Shown here piece after piece: positions 12,905 through 25,337 of a stretch of DNA of 64,000 nt; within the stretch, counting starts at the first letter, position 1, and the number at the start of each line of letters is the position of its first letter. The translations under genes and the position numbers were made by a program. The notes under the pieces were generated by a model. That model made no database searches and had not been told where the DNA came from. It saw only the letters and a list, made by a program, of their open reading frames with translations. The stretch is from Coniocarpon cinnabarinum (lineage: Eukaryota). The stretch spans positions 1-64,000 of the forward strand of contig JAVECO010000025.1 of the NCBI GenBank assembly GCA_051942205.1, in the 5' to 3' direction.

Positions 12905-14406
12905 TCAGATCTGTCGTACATCTTTTCCCCGCAGTTCAGGACGCTCTACGTCTAACTCGTCTCGAATGACAGCATAGATAGAATCTGCAATGATGATCGA
13001 AAGTCCAAGGCTCCAGACTAGTGTAATCGCATAGAAGAAATTGGCGTTGCCGCTTCCCGCATATATCCAGAGATGCCAGAACGCTGGACCCAAGAATGCT
13101 GCGTATAGTAACGCTGCCGCCGCGATGAAGCCGTATCGGAGTAATGGAAGGACGTGTCGATACAAAGGCAGTACTGCGAAGTACAGGCCGGTATCTACAA
13201 TGCTTGGATAGGGTTGAAACACCGCGAAAATGCCGAGCAGCGAAATGATGACGAACAGCGGTTGTTTGCTAGGACAGCAGTTAGTATTATACAGAAGAGC
13301 AGGCTGCGATTTTCATCCACGTACGGTATTCGGATCGTTAGTGCCCCTACATACGAGGCCATGTGGAGCCAAAAGACTCCCAGGAAGAAGGTTCGAAAAG
13401 AATCGAACATCTCAATGAAGAAATACCACCAAAGGCCAATATTTGGTGTCAAGTCTGTCAGTGAGAGCTGCATACCGTACGTAGAGCTGAGGAATTGCCA
13501 AGAAGATCCAGTCAGAAACCATGATGAAAAGAGCAATGATGTGAGACCTATACACAGACTTGCGGAGAATTGTGCGAAGAACAAGGATGGCTGTATAGTC
13601 TGCCGTGATTTCGCACTGCAACAATCATACAAGAGCAACGCAATGGGAGGAGCCAGAAGTATGAGGTAGCCAGACAAGTACGCTGTGAGTGCGAAACTGT
13701 AGAGAGTGCCAATGAAGTCACCCGAGGCTGCAAACGCTATAGTCTGCAGAACAGCAGTATTCGTGAAAACACTCGTCGGTCGAGCAAGGCATGATGCGAT
13801 GGTCAAGGGACTGAACAAATAGCTATGTTTTGTCAGCTCTTCTCGGACGTGCTGCTTCTCGTATCGAATCAGGAGTCCTCACGTAGCAGCAATTGCCGTA
13901 TCACTCGCTCTTGAATCCTTCCGAATAGAGGTATACAGCCGCGAACTTGTCGACTGACCCGATTGTGCGATACGTAACAGAGCTTCAGCGCCAAGCAAGT
14001 CTGCTGCCACATAGAGAGATTGGGTTATGATTGGGAAGGTCTCGTAGCTCGGGATGGTAGAGAAGATTGCGAGAAGGATCGGAGACTGGTAAACATCTTG
14101 TAAGTCTTCAATGTGGACGCTGGTCAGGATAATTGGGCTGTACCTGATGGAAGACACCGCCATCATAAGGAGAAATGCCGCGTTGGAAAAGGTGGACGCC
14201 TTCTTGCACTTTGGATGGGTGTCAGCAATGTCTTGAAATTTATGGATCCTAAGAGTTCTTACACCTCTTAAAACTCGTAACTGGAGTCGAAATTTCCACA
14301 CGAGATGCTAGTAGGGCAGGGAGGTCTGGTATGAGAGCGAAGCAAGCAAATCGGACAAGGGCGGCGATAGCAAAGACCCAGGCATGATCTTTGACTCTGA
14401 TCGCCA
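12905..14406 (-). CDS. GAB1: GPI transamidase subunit PIG-U
   Basis: Multi-exon. Spliced RVEISTPVTSFKRLQEG..SPYDGGVFHQ, DLTPNIGLWWYFFIEMFDSFR, FWHLWIYAGSGNANFFYAITL. Confidence 0.92.
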
Positions 14407-14963
14407 TAGCGAGGAAGAACACGTCACTGCATGCATGTTTGAGAACGTCGACGAGCCATCCCAGACACCACCACCTTTGTCGAAATCGCTGGAGCTACTG
14501 GCCGAGAACTGAAGAACCTGCTTGGTGGCCTTAACACTAAGGCATCACAGAATTATATAACGAAATGACTCCTTGCCTGGTGGCAAATACTTCTGTTTCA
14601 AGTCAGAATCCTTGTAAAGTACGAAAATCAGAATGGTCCATGTAGGTGCGCAAGATAGTCTCCTCAAGATTCCACGCCGTATACCGTCGTCTCATTGTGG
14701 TCATAAGCCCTCTCACGTTGAATGGTGAAACCCTGAGTATGTGATGCAAAGCTTCCTCTGCCTACGCCAAGTGTTGTATGAGATAAAAACTTTCCGGAAC
14801 TTCTGTAATCCTTCGAGCTGTTATGCAAGACCTTTCCTTGACTCTGCAATTATCGACACAACAACCTTGGGAAGGTTTTGCATTTACAACTTCGCACTTC
14901 GACTTTCGGTAAAGTTACATTCAAGCTGGACCACTAAAGTAATTGTTGAGTTTTTGGGCATTC

Positions 14964-15914
14964 ATGGTCGACAATGATGCCAGGGGTTTCGGAGCCAGGG
15001 TCGAACCACTCAAAGGTCAATCTAATTACAGCGACTGGACCGTCTACTTCAAGGTTCTCGCGCGTGGGCATGGCGTTTGGCGTCTTTTCACTGGCGAAGA
15101 GCAGGTTCTGCAGAAGCCCAGGAAGGAACATTGTCTCCCCCCATCCACCGGGCAGGGGACTGCGGACAAGGAAACCTCAAGTCCGGGTGATCCTTTATAC
15201 GCAGGCACTGACCGTAGGATAAAGCATGAACTTCGGCTTACCGACATCGAAGAGTGGCGCCACAATCGTGATAAAATTGACCTTGCTCTGTCCATGTTGG
15301 TGTCCAACATTGATCCTGACATCTCTGCTGTCCTTCCAGACTTCGATCACCCCAAGGATGCTTGGAAACACCTCGAAGAGAACTACAAAATGAGTGATTC
15401 TGACGTCCTGTGGAACAGTCTCGATCGAATAGAATCAATAAAGCTTGACAACTCGCAATCGATGGACAATTACATCAACCGTCTTATCGTGCTACAAAAG
15501 CGAATCAACAGTGTCGGCTTCGAGTATCCGGATAGCCACCTGAACGCCAAAATTCTGCGAGATCTCGCTCCCCAATATGATGCTCTCTGCAACATGTACA
15601 AAAATGCCGGCTTCCGCATGCCGGAATCTATCAAAGAACTGAGGTGCCTCCTAGTCACTTGGGAATCCGAGCTCCGAAAGAATTGCGAGACTTCTCAAAA
15701 TCGGCAAATCAGTTACGACAAGTCTGAGAACACAGGTCATGGGGGTCAGAAGTCAGTCAGGATGCAGCGTGCGAAATGCACATACGTGCCCTGCCGCAAG
15801 TGGGGCCACAACGAGTCGGATTGCTGGAAGAAGATGGCCGACGATAAGATGAAAAGCAAAGAGGGCACCAAATTCGACTTGCACGAATTTGAAAGGTTGC
15901 TTAACGAGGGTTAA
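14964..15914 (+). mobile_element. Ty1/copia-type gag-only ORF (DUF4219 + Retrotran_gag_2/UBN2-like + zinc knuckle)
   Basis: LKGQSNYSDW...GVWRLFTG; ALSMLVSNID...PKDAWKHLEENY; SMDNYINRL...KILRDLAPQYD; CTYVPCRKWGHNESDC knuckle. Intronless; no pol and no LTR seen. Confidence 0.85.
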
Positions 15915-16033
15915 GGTAGATCTCTATCTCATCACTGCATATCAATCATGGGGTTTCAAGTAGTTCAATATGTACATTATCAAGTAAATAGGTGTCTCCA
16001 TGTCAACTCTGCAGGCTAACATAGATCACCTTT

Positions 16034-17375
16034 TCAAGATAGTGGCCCGTCCTGAACAGCGCCAGGAGCAATGGGACCCTCAGGTCCGCCGTACAAGCTG
16101 AAACCCGGGCAGTTCTGAAGCTGCGTAAGGCTAGTGTCCGTGATCGGGTTAGGAGCGCAGCTACCAGCAGAGGCAGCAAGCTGGAGAGCGCTGTTCAGAG
16201 ACGATGTTTGAGAGTCGCTGAGGCCAAGAAGTGATGGACCGGCAGCCTCAAGGAAATTCACGCCAAAGCAGAACGGGTTTGAAGTAAGACTCTGCAAAGT
16301 AGCAGCACCCGCCGTGAGTACGTCGGGATCGATCGTGCCGTACGTGTTGCCTTTTCCGGCATTGCAGCCGACTGTCAGGATTTCTGGGTATTTCGCAGCG
16401 AAGTACAAAATGTCCGCCTCGAAGTAGGGAATCGAGTAGGTATCGGCTGCGTTCCGTTTGTACCAGTTGTCTGGAATGCGTTCGTGGCCTGGAACGTGCA
16501 TCATGTCATCACCCTCACCCTGGACTGAATGCCAGCTTTTCAGGACCTCTTGATTCAGCACACCCTCGGGATTTTCAGCGGATTTGTTGGACATGAAACG
16601 GTAGATGAAGGTGTACGCCGCCTGACTGACTTGCAAACCATCAAATGGACCATAGAAGAAATAAGGGTTATCGCTCACGGACTGCCTAAAACGGGTATTT
16701 CGGAAGTCACGGAACACCTCGAGGTTGTAGTTGGCGGTGGTGGGGTCGGGTTGCATGTCGTAAAGTGTTTTGAATTGAGACATGACGAATCTCTCGTTGG
16801 ACCCATATTGATTCAAATCCGGCTTGAACGGCGAACTGTCCGACTCGTAGTTGTGGTGCGAGCCAGCGATGCCGGTGTGGGGAACGCCTTCGATGGACCA
16901 GCTCGTGCCGTCACCGTCGATGATAGCACCATAGACGGCTAGGAAACCTCCCAGGTCACGCTCCATGCCGACTCCGTTGTAGGTGGCATCGATAAATTGT
17001 TGTATGGTGGCGACGCCATTGTGGGGAAGGTAGTTGTGATTTGCCAAGGCATTCAACCCTGGACATTCGCCACGTGCGTCGCCAGATCCTGGAGCAACGA
17101 ACTGCTTTGTGATTAGCGGACGGTCTACTCGTCGACAGTGACATCTGACGTACCGCATGCTCTCCCTGGTTGGAGACGTATTGTGCCTCTGCGTCGAACG
17201 GCGGTGGCAGCAATGGAAGAGCCCCTGCTCCTTGTGGTCCGCCAAGAATTTGACGTTTGCCAACGTTGACGAGATGTTGAGTGTGCCGAGTATTTCCCAG
17301 ATTTAGAGATGGAAACGCTACGACGCCTGAGGCGCTGAGCAGAGTAGCCACAGCTGGACCAGCGAGACCTTTCAT
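16034..17375 (-). CDS. secreted heme-thiolate peroxidase / unspecific peroxygenase (chloroperoxidase family)
   Basis: Signal peptide (MKGLAGPAVATLLSASGVVAFP); intron 17102-17153; RGECPGLNALANHNYLPHNG, SHHNYESDSS, PGHERIPDNWYKR. Confidence 0.9.
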
Positions 17376-18704
17376 GTTGACGATGACTACAAGGTAAATA
17401 CTATGAAGCAGTTAAGTTCCACAGTAGAGTCTGCGCTGTAGTTGAACGAGGCAGGCAGAGTAGAGACCAGCAAGGTCGTACAGCTTAATATGAAAGACTG
17501 GGAAGCCTATTGTAGTCTGAGTCGGGAGAATTGTTGGAAATCAATGAAAAGAGCCGCGGCATTATTACCAGAACGGAGAAATTCAACAGGACCACGGCTT
17601 CGATTAAGCAGGAACTTAATGCAAACGAGCAAGAGAAGATGAGAAATTGGTGGCCTCCTGTTGGACAAGATACCCGCGCGTTCAGCCATCCAGGAACATG
17701 TTGGGGTCTATTGGTTAAAGTGGAGATGTTGCCTCCGCCCTCGCAACCGATGGGACGTCGATCTCTTGGGGTCATGAGCATCGTTTGGGCTGAATTACGA
17801 GGACGCCTCGGTATTGAGCAGGGGAAATAAGAAAACGCAAGTGGGCACGGCGTGCTAAGAAATGAACGTGAGCAAGCGCAAGCCACAAGATCATCGTCCG
17901 CTTACATGCATTAGACTGTCATTGGCCGTCGCAGAAGATCGATGGGTCCAAACTCCTGCCAAGAGCTTCCTACCTCGGCCAGGGTTTGGAGCCAGCTGAC
18001 AAAAAGGGCAGTGCTGAGCGGAGAGAGAATGAAGATCAGCATCGGTACTGCTGCTTGCGGCTAGCTCTTGGCATGCCCGCTTTGGGTTGTGGAGAAGCTT
18101 AACTCTAACTTTGTAAGCGTCAAAATGTCTGACGGTATGTCGCATTCGTCTTCTGTCCTGCAACCCAACTCGGTAGTATCTTATTGTGCATGCTGCGCCA
18201 CCGACTTGATGTTTTCTTTTGACGACTGTTTGACTTCAGTGTGTCTTGAGCAGTCATTTGAATGTTCCTCGAAAACGCACAGACTAACTCCTACTCAATG
18301 GTAAGTCGATCGCTAAGTCTACGAGAAAGGCAAAGAAACTTAGGTTAAGGGCGCCGGTAGCGTAAAAGTAGCCGGTGCCTGAAACAGAAAGCTCTTGAAC
18401 TTGGCAATCACGGTGAGAAGTAATGGGGTTATTGTAAGGAGATAATGGAATGTTCTTTGACTCTTTGCGCAAAGGGAAGCATAGATTTTGATGTTCAATT
18501 ACTCAATCTACTAATGTTACTTGGGCATGGAGCGATCAGAGAGCTTACTGGGAAATCATTTACGTCCGACAAAGGAACGATACTTGGTGGGTTAAGTATG
18601 TGTGGGATACCAAGCGCACAAAATAGTTTCGCGGAGACGGAAATGTACATTAAACCTATTAAGGTCTAGTGTAATTAAGCCAAGAAGGCACTTGAAGATT
18701 ACCT

Positions 18705-18856
18705 CAAGGGCCCGGGACAAAAGTCGTTGCCGGATGTCACCTTATATGACGAGCCTGTACAATGCAGGTCACAAACCTACGAGTACAACAGCGCAAGGCT
18801 ATTGTCAGCGAAACAACACTGAATTATAGTGCGGTAATGACTACCCTACGAAGCCC
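18705..18856. repeat. single arm of the foldback repeat found at 46721-47071
   Basis: 18705-18763 matches the reverse complement of the right arm at 48/59 nt ungapped, including GACGAGCCTGTAC; weaker collinear blocks continue to ~18856. Confidence 0.8.
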
Positions 18857-19227
18857 TTGCCTGCAGCTCAGATAATCACGTGATTTTTCTGTTCATTGGA
18901 CAGACTCTAACTTGTAGCATTCACCCTGTTTTCTTGAGGTCAAGATACTGGAAAGGCCACGGGAGCATTTGTAAAGCTTTGGGGACCATTATTAGCAAGA
19001 CGCTAAGACATCCGTCACGAACGGATTCAGCGTATCGGACAAAGTAGAAAAATTATCAACGCAAGCCGAAGCTCAACCTGACCTCGCCAATCATCAATGC
19101 TATACACGTGGAAGATTGTAGACTCTCGTTTGGACTGTAGGGAGTCGGAGTGTCGTTGTATTCGTTGACAGACAGGGCACCTGGTACAGACGGTCCTCCA
19201 TGGATAGAATAGGCAAGGCTCCTGAGT

Positions 19228-22200
19228 ATGTCGGGCGAAAGCAAACAACCAAGTGCTTCCCAACATCACGCAAATGGTGATCTTATATGCCCAGTGACGG
19301 CTGTCAAGATCACCGCGGATCTCCTGTTTGCAGCATGTGGGACGAACCTTCTGGTCTTCAATCTGCCAACGTTGCAGTTCCTTTCATCATTTCAAATTTT
19401 CAAATGGCAAGCTATTCACGGCATCGCATCGCGTGAAATCGAGATTAATAAGCTGATTGTTCTGGTATGGGGTGGATATGTTGCTCGTTTTGTTCGCGTC
19501 TGTGTCCACGACGAGGATGTGGGCGTCACTAAAGGCACTATTTGCGTGTCGCAGCGTCGCTTTCCTACTGTCAAGTTTGACGATAGAATTCTGGATGCAT
19601 CCTTGCGTATCGACGACGAGTCTGATGCAGCGTCGCATCTCAGAGCACTGCTGGCAACCGCGCACAAAGCCATGTGGTCTCTCACAATGTCACTGCCAAA
19701 TGATGATGGAAGCAGTATCAGCAGGTAAGAGGAGAACATCTGGATGGGCATTGTACACTCAAATAGGTGAGTCTAGACTAAAATCTGGCATCAGGGAATA
19801 CTATGACCGACGGTTGTTGATGCCGGGTCACAGATCTTTGCTTTTTACGGCCAAGCTTGGATGGCTGACCGACTCACGTATCATTTTCGCAAGTGGAACT
19901 GCTTTTGGTGAACTTCTGGTGCAGTTCTGTGACATTGGGTGGGAATGCAGCCAAATCTCAAGTACCTGCACCGCGCGCATCGATACTGCACATGACGGTG
20001 CGGTTTTTGGTCTCGACTTTCACGTTGATCAAGCAAATAGTAGCGACGATTCGATTGTACTTACAACATGTGGCGATGACCGTACAATCAGGGTTTGGGA
20101 AGTTCAGTGTCGTGGAAGCCCTGAACACCGACACGGATTCATGAATAAGGAGAAAGAGCTTCTGGCTATTGATAGTAAAGGATGGATTAGGGCTCACTCT
20201 TCACGTGTATGGAGGATCCGTGCTGTTGAACGTCAGGGAAACCTCCAACCGACTTCTCACTCAATGGCTTTAGTGTCAGCTGGAGAAGATGCCTCGTGTC
20301 ATGTTTGGCAATGCGCGAGTTCCAAGCACACAAAGCACACAACAACAGATATCGGCCGAGATGCATCGATTCGCCATGTGTACAGGGCGGTCGAACACTC
20401 AGGAAAGAACATTTGGGCTTCAGACAGTCAATGTGTTACTCCGGGTTTGGTGCATGTAACTACCGGCGGTGCAGATGGCGCCATTGCATCCAACGCTCTT
20501 CCAACCGCAGAGCTACAAAGCCCGCTGACTGATTTTCGGAAGCAGTATCAAGTGTTGAAACTACCACCGGGCGCCGGAGCCAATGATTTGCGAAAGGTCA
20601 GAAACTTTACCTGGACGGCCTCGGGGTCGCTTCTCGTACTCTTAGAAGACGGCCACGCGTGGACTAGCAACGAAGAAGGGCAACGCTCATGGACTTACAT
20701 TGGACACCAACAAGTGCTTGGGAGACACAGTGTGCTGCAAGCAGTTGTACAAGAAGATATTGTCTTAGTTGGGACTGCTGACGGAATAGTCTATACATGG
20801 ACAAGAAAGACTCGTGAGCTTATTGAGCTGTTCAGTATTCCAGGGAAAATTCTCTCATTACTAGTGAACGAAGTGGTTGACCAAACGTCAGCTGAGCATC
20901 TAAGTGGTGTTACAGACAAACATTTTGTGTGCCTGGTAAGATGTCTCAACGGTTCTACAGAAGCGGCTGAAATCACGGTAAATGAAGCTGGTTACATCAC
21001 TCGAAGCTGCCCGATCCAAGGCTTAAAACTTGAATCTGAGATCTCTCCAACAAGTATAATGTGCACAAGGACTGATTCGCATAGCTTGCAACTACTGGTG
21101 GGAGACAGAGAAGGAAACATTCACAGGCATTGTTTCTCAACTTTAGGGAAGAATGACTCAGCGCCACCGTTGAAAGGGTGAGTCAAGACAGAGGTATTTC
21201 AAACATCTTGCTAACTCTGAAAAGCCCTGCACCATTTCAAAAGGTACACGAAGATGCCATTACCACCATCCTGCTACTGCGTTCCGATGCATTACACAAT
21301 GATCATAGATATATCTTGACGACGTCAAGGGATGGCACATACAAAGTACTTTCTCCCTCGCTATATGATCATCAGAAATCCATGACAGTCGTTCAAGAAC
21401 AACAATTGCCATTCGGACCCCTCATCGAAGGTGCTTTCATATCAAAGGGTGACCGGCATCTTATACTTTACGGGTTCCAAGGAAACGACTTCGCCGTATT
21501 TGATAGCCACATAGATCGAATCATCGCTTCAGTCAACTGCAAGGGTGGCCACCGCTTGTGGTCTTTCAGTCCCAATGCCGGCTCGAATAGCGACAAGTTC
21601 GTTGGTTCATTTGCTTGGAACACCCATGGAGAGCTCAACGTTTGCAGATTGGAGAGGTCCACACAAAAGACGGTCTTGGCCGGTGGTCATGGTCGAGAGA
21701 TCAAGTCTTGTGCCATTCAGCCGCCATCTGTTTCTACGACTTCGCAACGCCTCTTTGCCACTGGCGCCGAGGATACGACCATCCGACTTTTCTTCTACAA
21801 CACCACCAGCGGATCGCATAACCCTTTCAGATGCATTCGAGTCATTCGCAAGCACAATACAGGTATTCAAGATCTACTTTGGTCGCGCTGTGGCCAGTAT
21901 TTGTTAAGCTGCGGCGGATCGGAAGAGCTCTACATTTGGTGCGTTTCCACAGTCCCAGTGATTGAGATTGGTGTTCGAATGGTGGCATCGATGCCACGGC
22001 TCAGTGAAGTCTCGCCCGACCTCAGAGTTACGAGCTTTGATCTCGTTGAAGACGAAGCTGCAAGACTCCTCGCTGTTTGCCTGTCAGACTCTAGTGTCAG
22101 GTTGTACAGATGGGACAATGCCGAGTCCGCACTTCGGCTGCTTTGGATGGGTGCATACACGTCTTGTTGTTTGACACAGATCTGTATGTGGAAGCATCCC

Positions 22201-22875
22201 CTCAACGACAGCTCAGAGACCGAGGCAGCAGATTGTCTCAGCATCGTAGCCACTGCAACGGATGGCTGTCTCACTCATTGGACGTGCAATTCACTGGACC
22301 CACTCGTATCATGGAATGCGAAACCTGCAAGTCTTCCAACCGAACGGGAAGGAAGTGTCGAAGGAGTAAAAGTGCAGCCGTCAGACTGGACGAAGCGTAC
22401 TCATCAGAATGCTATCAAGTGTTTGCTCAACATCCAACTTGTCATCGCTTCTCCCGCACGACTGTTCGTCACTGCCGGCGACGACAACAGCATCGCTTTC
22501 ACACTCCTTGCACCTGACAAGATGAGAGTGCTCCGGATGCCCCGTGCCCACGCCGCTAGTGTCACGACATTGGCGCTGATTAACGGTCCGATTATGATCC
22601 AGAACGGAGGTGACAGAGGCAGTGCGCATGTTCGAGTTGCGAGCAGTGGTAATGACATGCATGTTAAAGTGTGGGACGTATTTATTCCGCTAACCGATGG
22701 TGATTATGGAGACGAGTACGTCGAGGTGAAGAAAGCAGGCAAAGTGCGAACACAGATTGCGGATGTAGGAGACATGGCTGTTATAGGCGAGGTGGATGGA
22801 TGGAGAAGGGTGCTGATTGTGGGTGTGGGAATGGAAGTGATATTGGTCAAGGGTCTGACACAGGATACTCTGTAG
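19228..22875 (+). CDS. WD40 repeat protein, WDR6/Trm734(Rtt10)-like
   Basis: Introns 19725-19794 and 21178-21224. PVTA at N-terminus, ASGTAFGEL, TCGDDRTIRVW, SAGEDASC, CKGGHRLWSF, GGHGREIKS, ATGAEDTTIRL, AHAASVT. Confidence 0.85.
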
Positions 22876-23335
22876 GACGCCGTGCAAGCAGTGAGCAAGT
22901 ATGCAATGAAGTGAGCTTGTGCTTCAAGGTGTAGGGGCTTTCGTCGAAAGACTGTGATATAGCGAAGCCAAAGAGGAGCTCAGCCCATCAGCGAAGTCCT
23001 GTCGGTGCGCGCGAAGTAAGCCTTCAGTGCGACTTCACAATGTTTGAGAAAAGGCTCGTGGGCTGAGGCGAGGCATTCATGTCCGACAGCGCGATTCATG
23101 TTCTCGTTCGTGGACGTACCCGTTGTTGCTTGGAAAGCCGCTCCTTATGTCTTCTACGAAGCGCCAATACTCTGTGGCTCAATCGTGCTGGATGCTGCAA
23201 AAATGCTAGATCCAAAGCTCTGATAAGTCTCATGCTGCGACCCGCAGCTCCCGCGGTCGTCCTCACGTAAATCCTAAAACTCCGTCGCTGCTATAGGAAC
23301 ATTAGTCGTAGGGTTTGCTTTCAAAGATTGGAACA

Positions 23336-24120
23336 TCAGGCTTTGTCAGACTTCCAAAACTGCGGGACCTTGCTCGCTACAGTCGAGTAGCTTGGGACGT
23401 AGCTGTAAAGGCTTGATATGTAAGACCCGCCTTGCGACTCTGTGCCCTGGCCTTGGCTGTGGCTGGTCTGCTGGTGACCAGGAGATGAGCCTAAGCGGTA
23501 TATCTACAAGCTGCATCAGTGACTGGACGACAGGAGGCGAAACGCTGTCGTGGGTCGCCAAACAGCAGATACTTACGCCTAGCTCACATGTATATTTTCG
23601 TTCGTCAATCCTACACCCGAGGCGCATGTTACCTCTGTTCTCATGCTCCAGCTTGTTCCTCTCTAACGCATCTACTTGCCGGGGCGTCAAGAGCTCACAC
23701 TCCAAATAGTGCTTCGCAGATTTGCCCTCATGAATGTTCCTGCACGCGTGGTGAGTCCTCAGACGAGATCGAACGTCAGCACCGTACTTACCGAATCAGA
23801 ATACCTTGATTCCTGCCCTCCTCCTCCTCTCGCAGGAGCTGTCGGTAGACTCCCGGCCCGAGCAGTTGCTTGACCTTCGAGTAGAAATTCACTTCTGGAT
23901 CGGCAAGCACACCTTTCAAGTCCGCTTCTCGAAGTTTCTTGTTTTTATAGTCACGCGTGAGGGCACAGATCCCATTGTTGTCGACAAAGATGGGGTGGCT
24001 GCAATCATCACGCTCAGAAGGGTGTATCCTCTGCGAGTCGACAAATTGGGGATTATCGCCAACTTGCACAGGTGAGGACAAGTACGAAAGAAGAGGGATG
24101 TAAGACCATGCGCCAGACAT
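23336..24120 (-). CDS. multi-exon hypothetical protein (5' end unresolved, may extend to ~24372)
   Basis: Two GTAAGT donors with YAG acceptors join frames: ...NQGILIR|NIHEGKSAKHYLECELL...KYTCELG|IYRLGSSPG...FWKSDKA*. Confidence 0.5.
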
Positions 24121-24835
24121 GCTCAGATGCTGGCGTTGAAAACCTGTCTATGGGAAATTTTCGCCTAAGGTGGATCGATGGACGGAACCGGGGAAAGAGT
24201 CTTGGCTTGAGCACGAACTTGCATAGGTGTGAGAATCACAATGACACCGTGGCCCTTCCATGGCCCCAGCGTTGGCCAATGGGGCAGAGCAGCCGCAGAG
24301 ACCAGATGTGGGGAGTGCAGGGCGGCGGGAGGCGCAATGGCCTCCAATGCTCATGGATCCAAGGGGTTTCATGAAGTTGCAAGGCGTTGAAAAGTATCAA
24401 CAGTGAAGACGTAGTCATCGCTGTCGTGCTTTTCAAGTGGGTGTTTGCTTGAAATAGCGGCAACTTCTCATGCATGCAGGAATAGGTCTCACACTTGAGA
24501 CCTATCGTATGCCTTGAGATGCAGGACGGTGAGTCGTTGATAGCGAGCTGTCACATATCTGTGGCTATAGTGACGCAAGAATTGCATGCACGTGTGGAGT
24601 TAGAAAAGGAGAGGTGGCCAAAACCTGTGTCGCGTAACTCGCGTAGCTCGCTAATCACGTGATCTTACATCGACGCGGTCGCACTGGCTCGCAGCTAAAT
24701 TTGGTCGAGAAAGTGAGCATAGCTGAGTTTTAAGGTTGAGATGATCTGACGGGTGTAAAGATAAGAATAGTCAAGAAGGCGCTGTTCTGTCGTAGTGTTT
24801 TGCACGTCTACAAGTCAAGGCGCATAACAGTCGAA

Positions 24836-25337
24836 ATGGCAACGCCACCATTCTCCAAAGAGACAGCACAAGCCAAAGTCAAAGCTGCGCAAGACCTGTG
24901 GAATACGCAGTAGGTCTCAATCAGAACAATCACGAAGCTGATGCTCATGCCGCGATAGAGACCCCAACAAAGTAGTAAATGCTTATACGCCTGACTCGAT
25001 CTGGCGTAACCGGACTTCATTCCTGCGAGGCCGCGAACAAATCCACCAGTTTCTTACCAGGAAGTGGGAAGAAGAGTTCAATTACCGCCTACGCAAGGAG
25101 CTGTTCTCCTTCACAGATAATCGCATCGCCGTGCAATTCTGGTACGAGTTCCAAGACAAACACGATGGCATGAAGTGGAAACGTTGCTATGGATTGGAAG
25201 ATTGGACGTTTGCTACTGACGGCAAGATGAGGAAGCGACAAATGAGCGGGAACAATGTAGAGATTAGTGAGGAAGAGAGGTGGTTCAGAGAAGGGGAAGA
25301 TGTGAATGCTGTGGAGATAGGAGAGGAGCATTGGTGA
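24836..25337 (+). CDS. DUF1348 family (SnoaL/NTF2-like) protein
   Basis: Intron 24910-24958. PPFSKETAQAKVKAAQDLWNTQDP, AYTPDSIWRNR, YRLRKELFSFTDNRIAVQFWYE, WKRCYGLEDWTF, MRKRQMSGN. Confidence 0.92.

Noticed and set aside
14450..16033. LTRs, PBS or PPT around the gag ORF
   Set aside because: Only a short GTTTCAAGT match on both sides; no TG...CA direct repeat pair found
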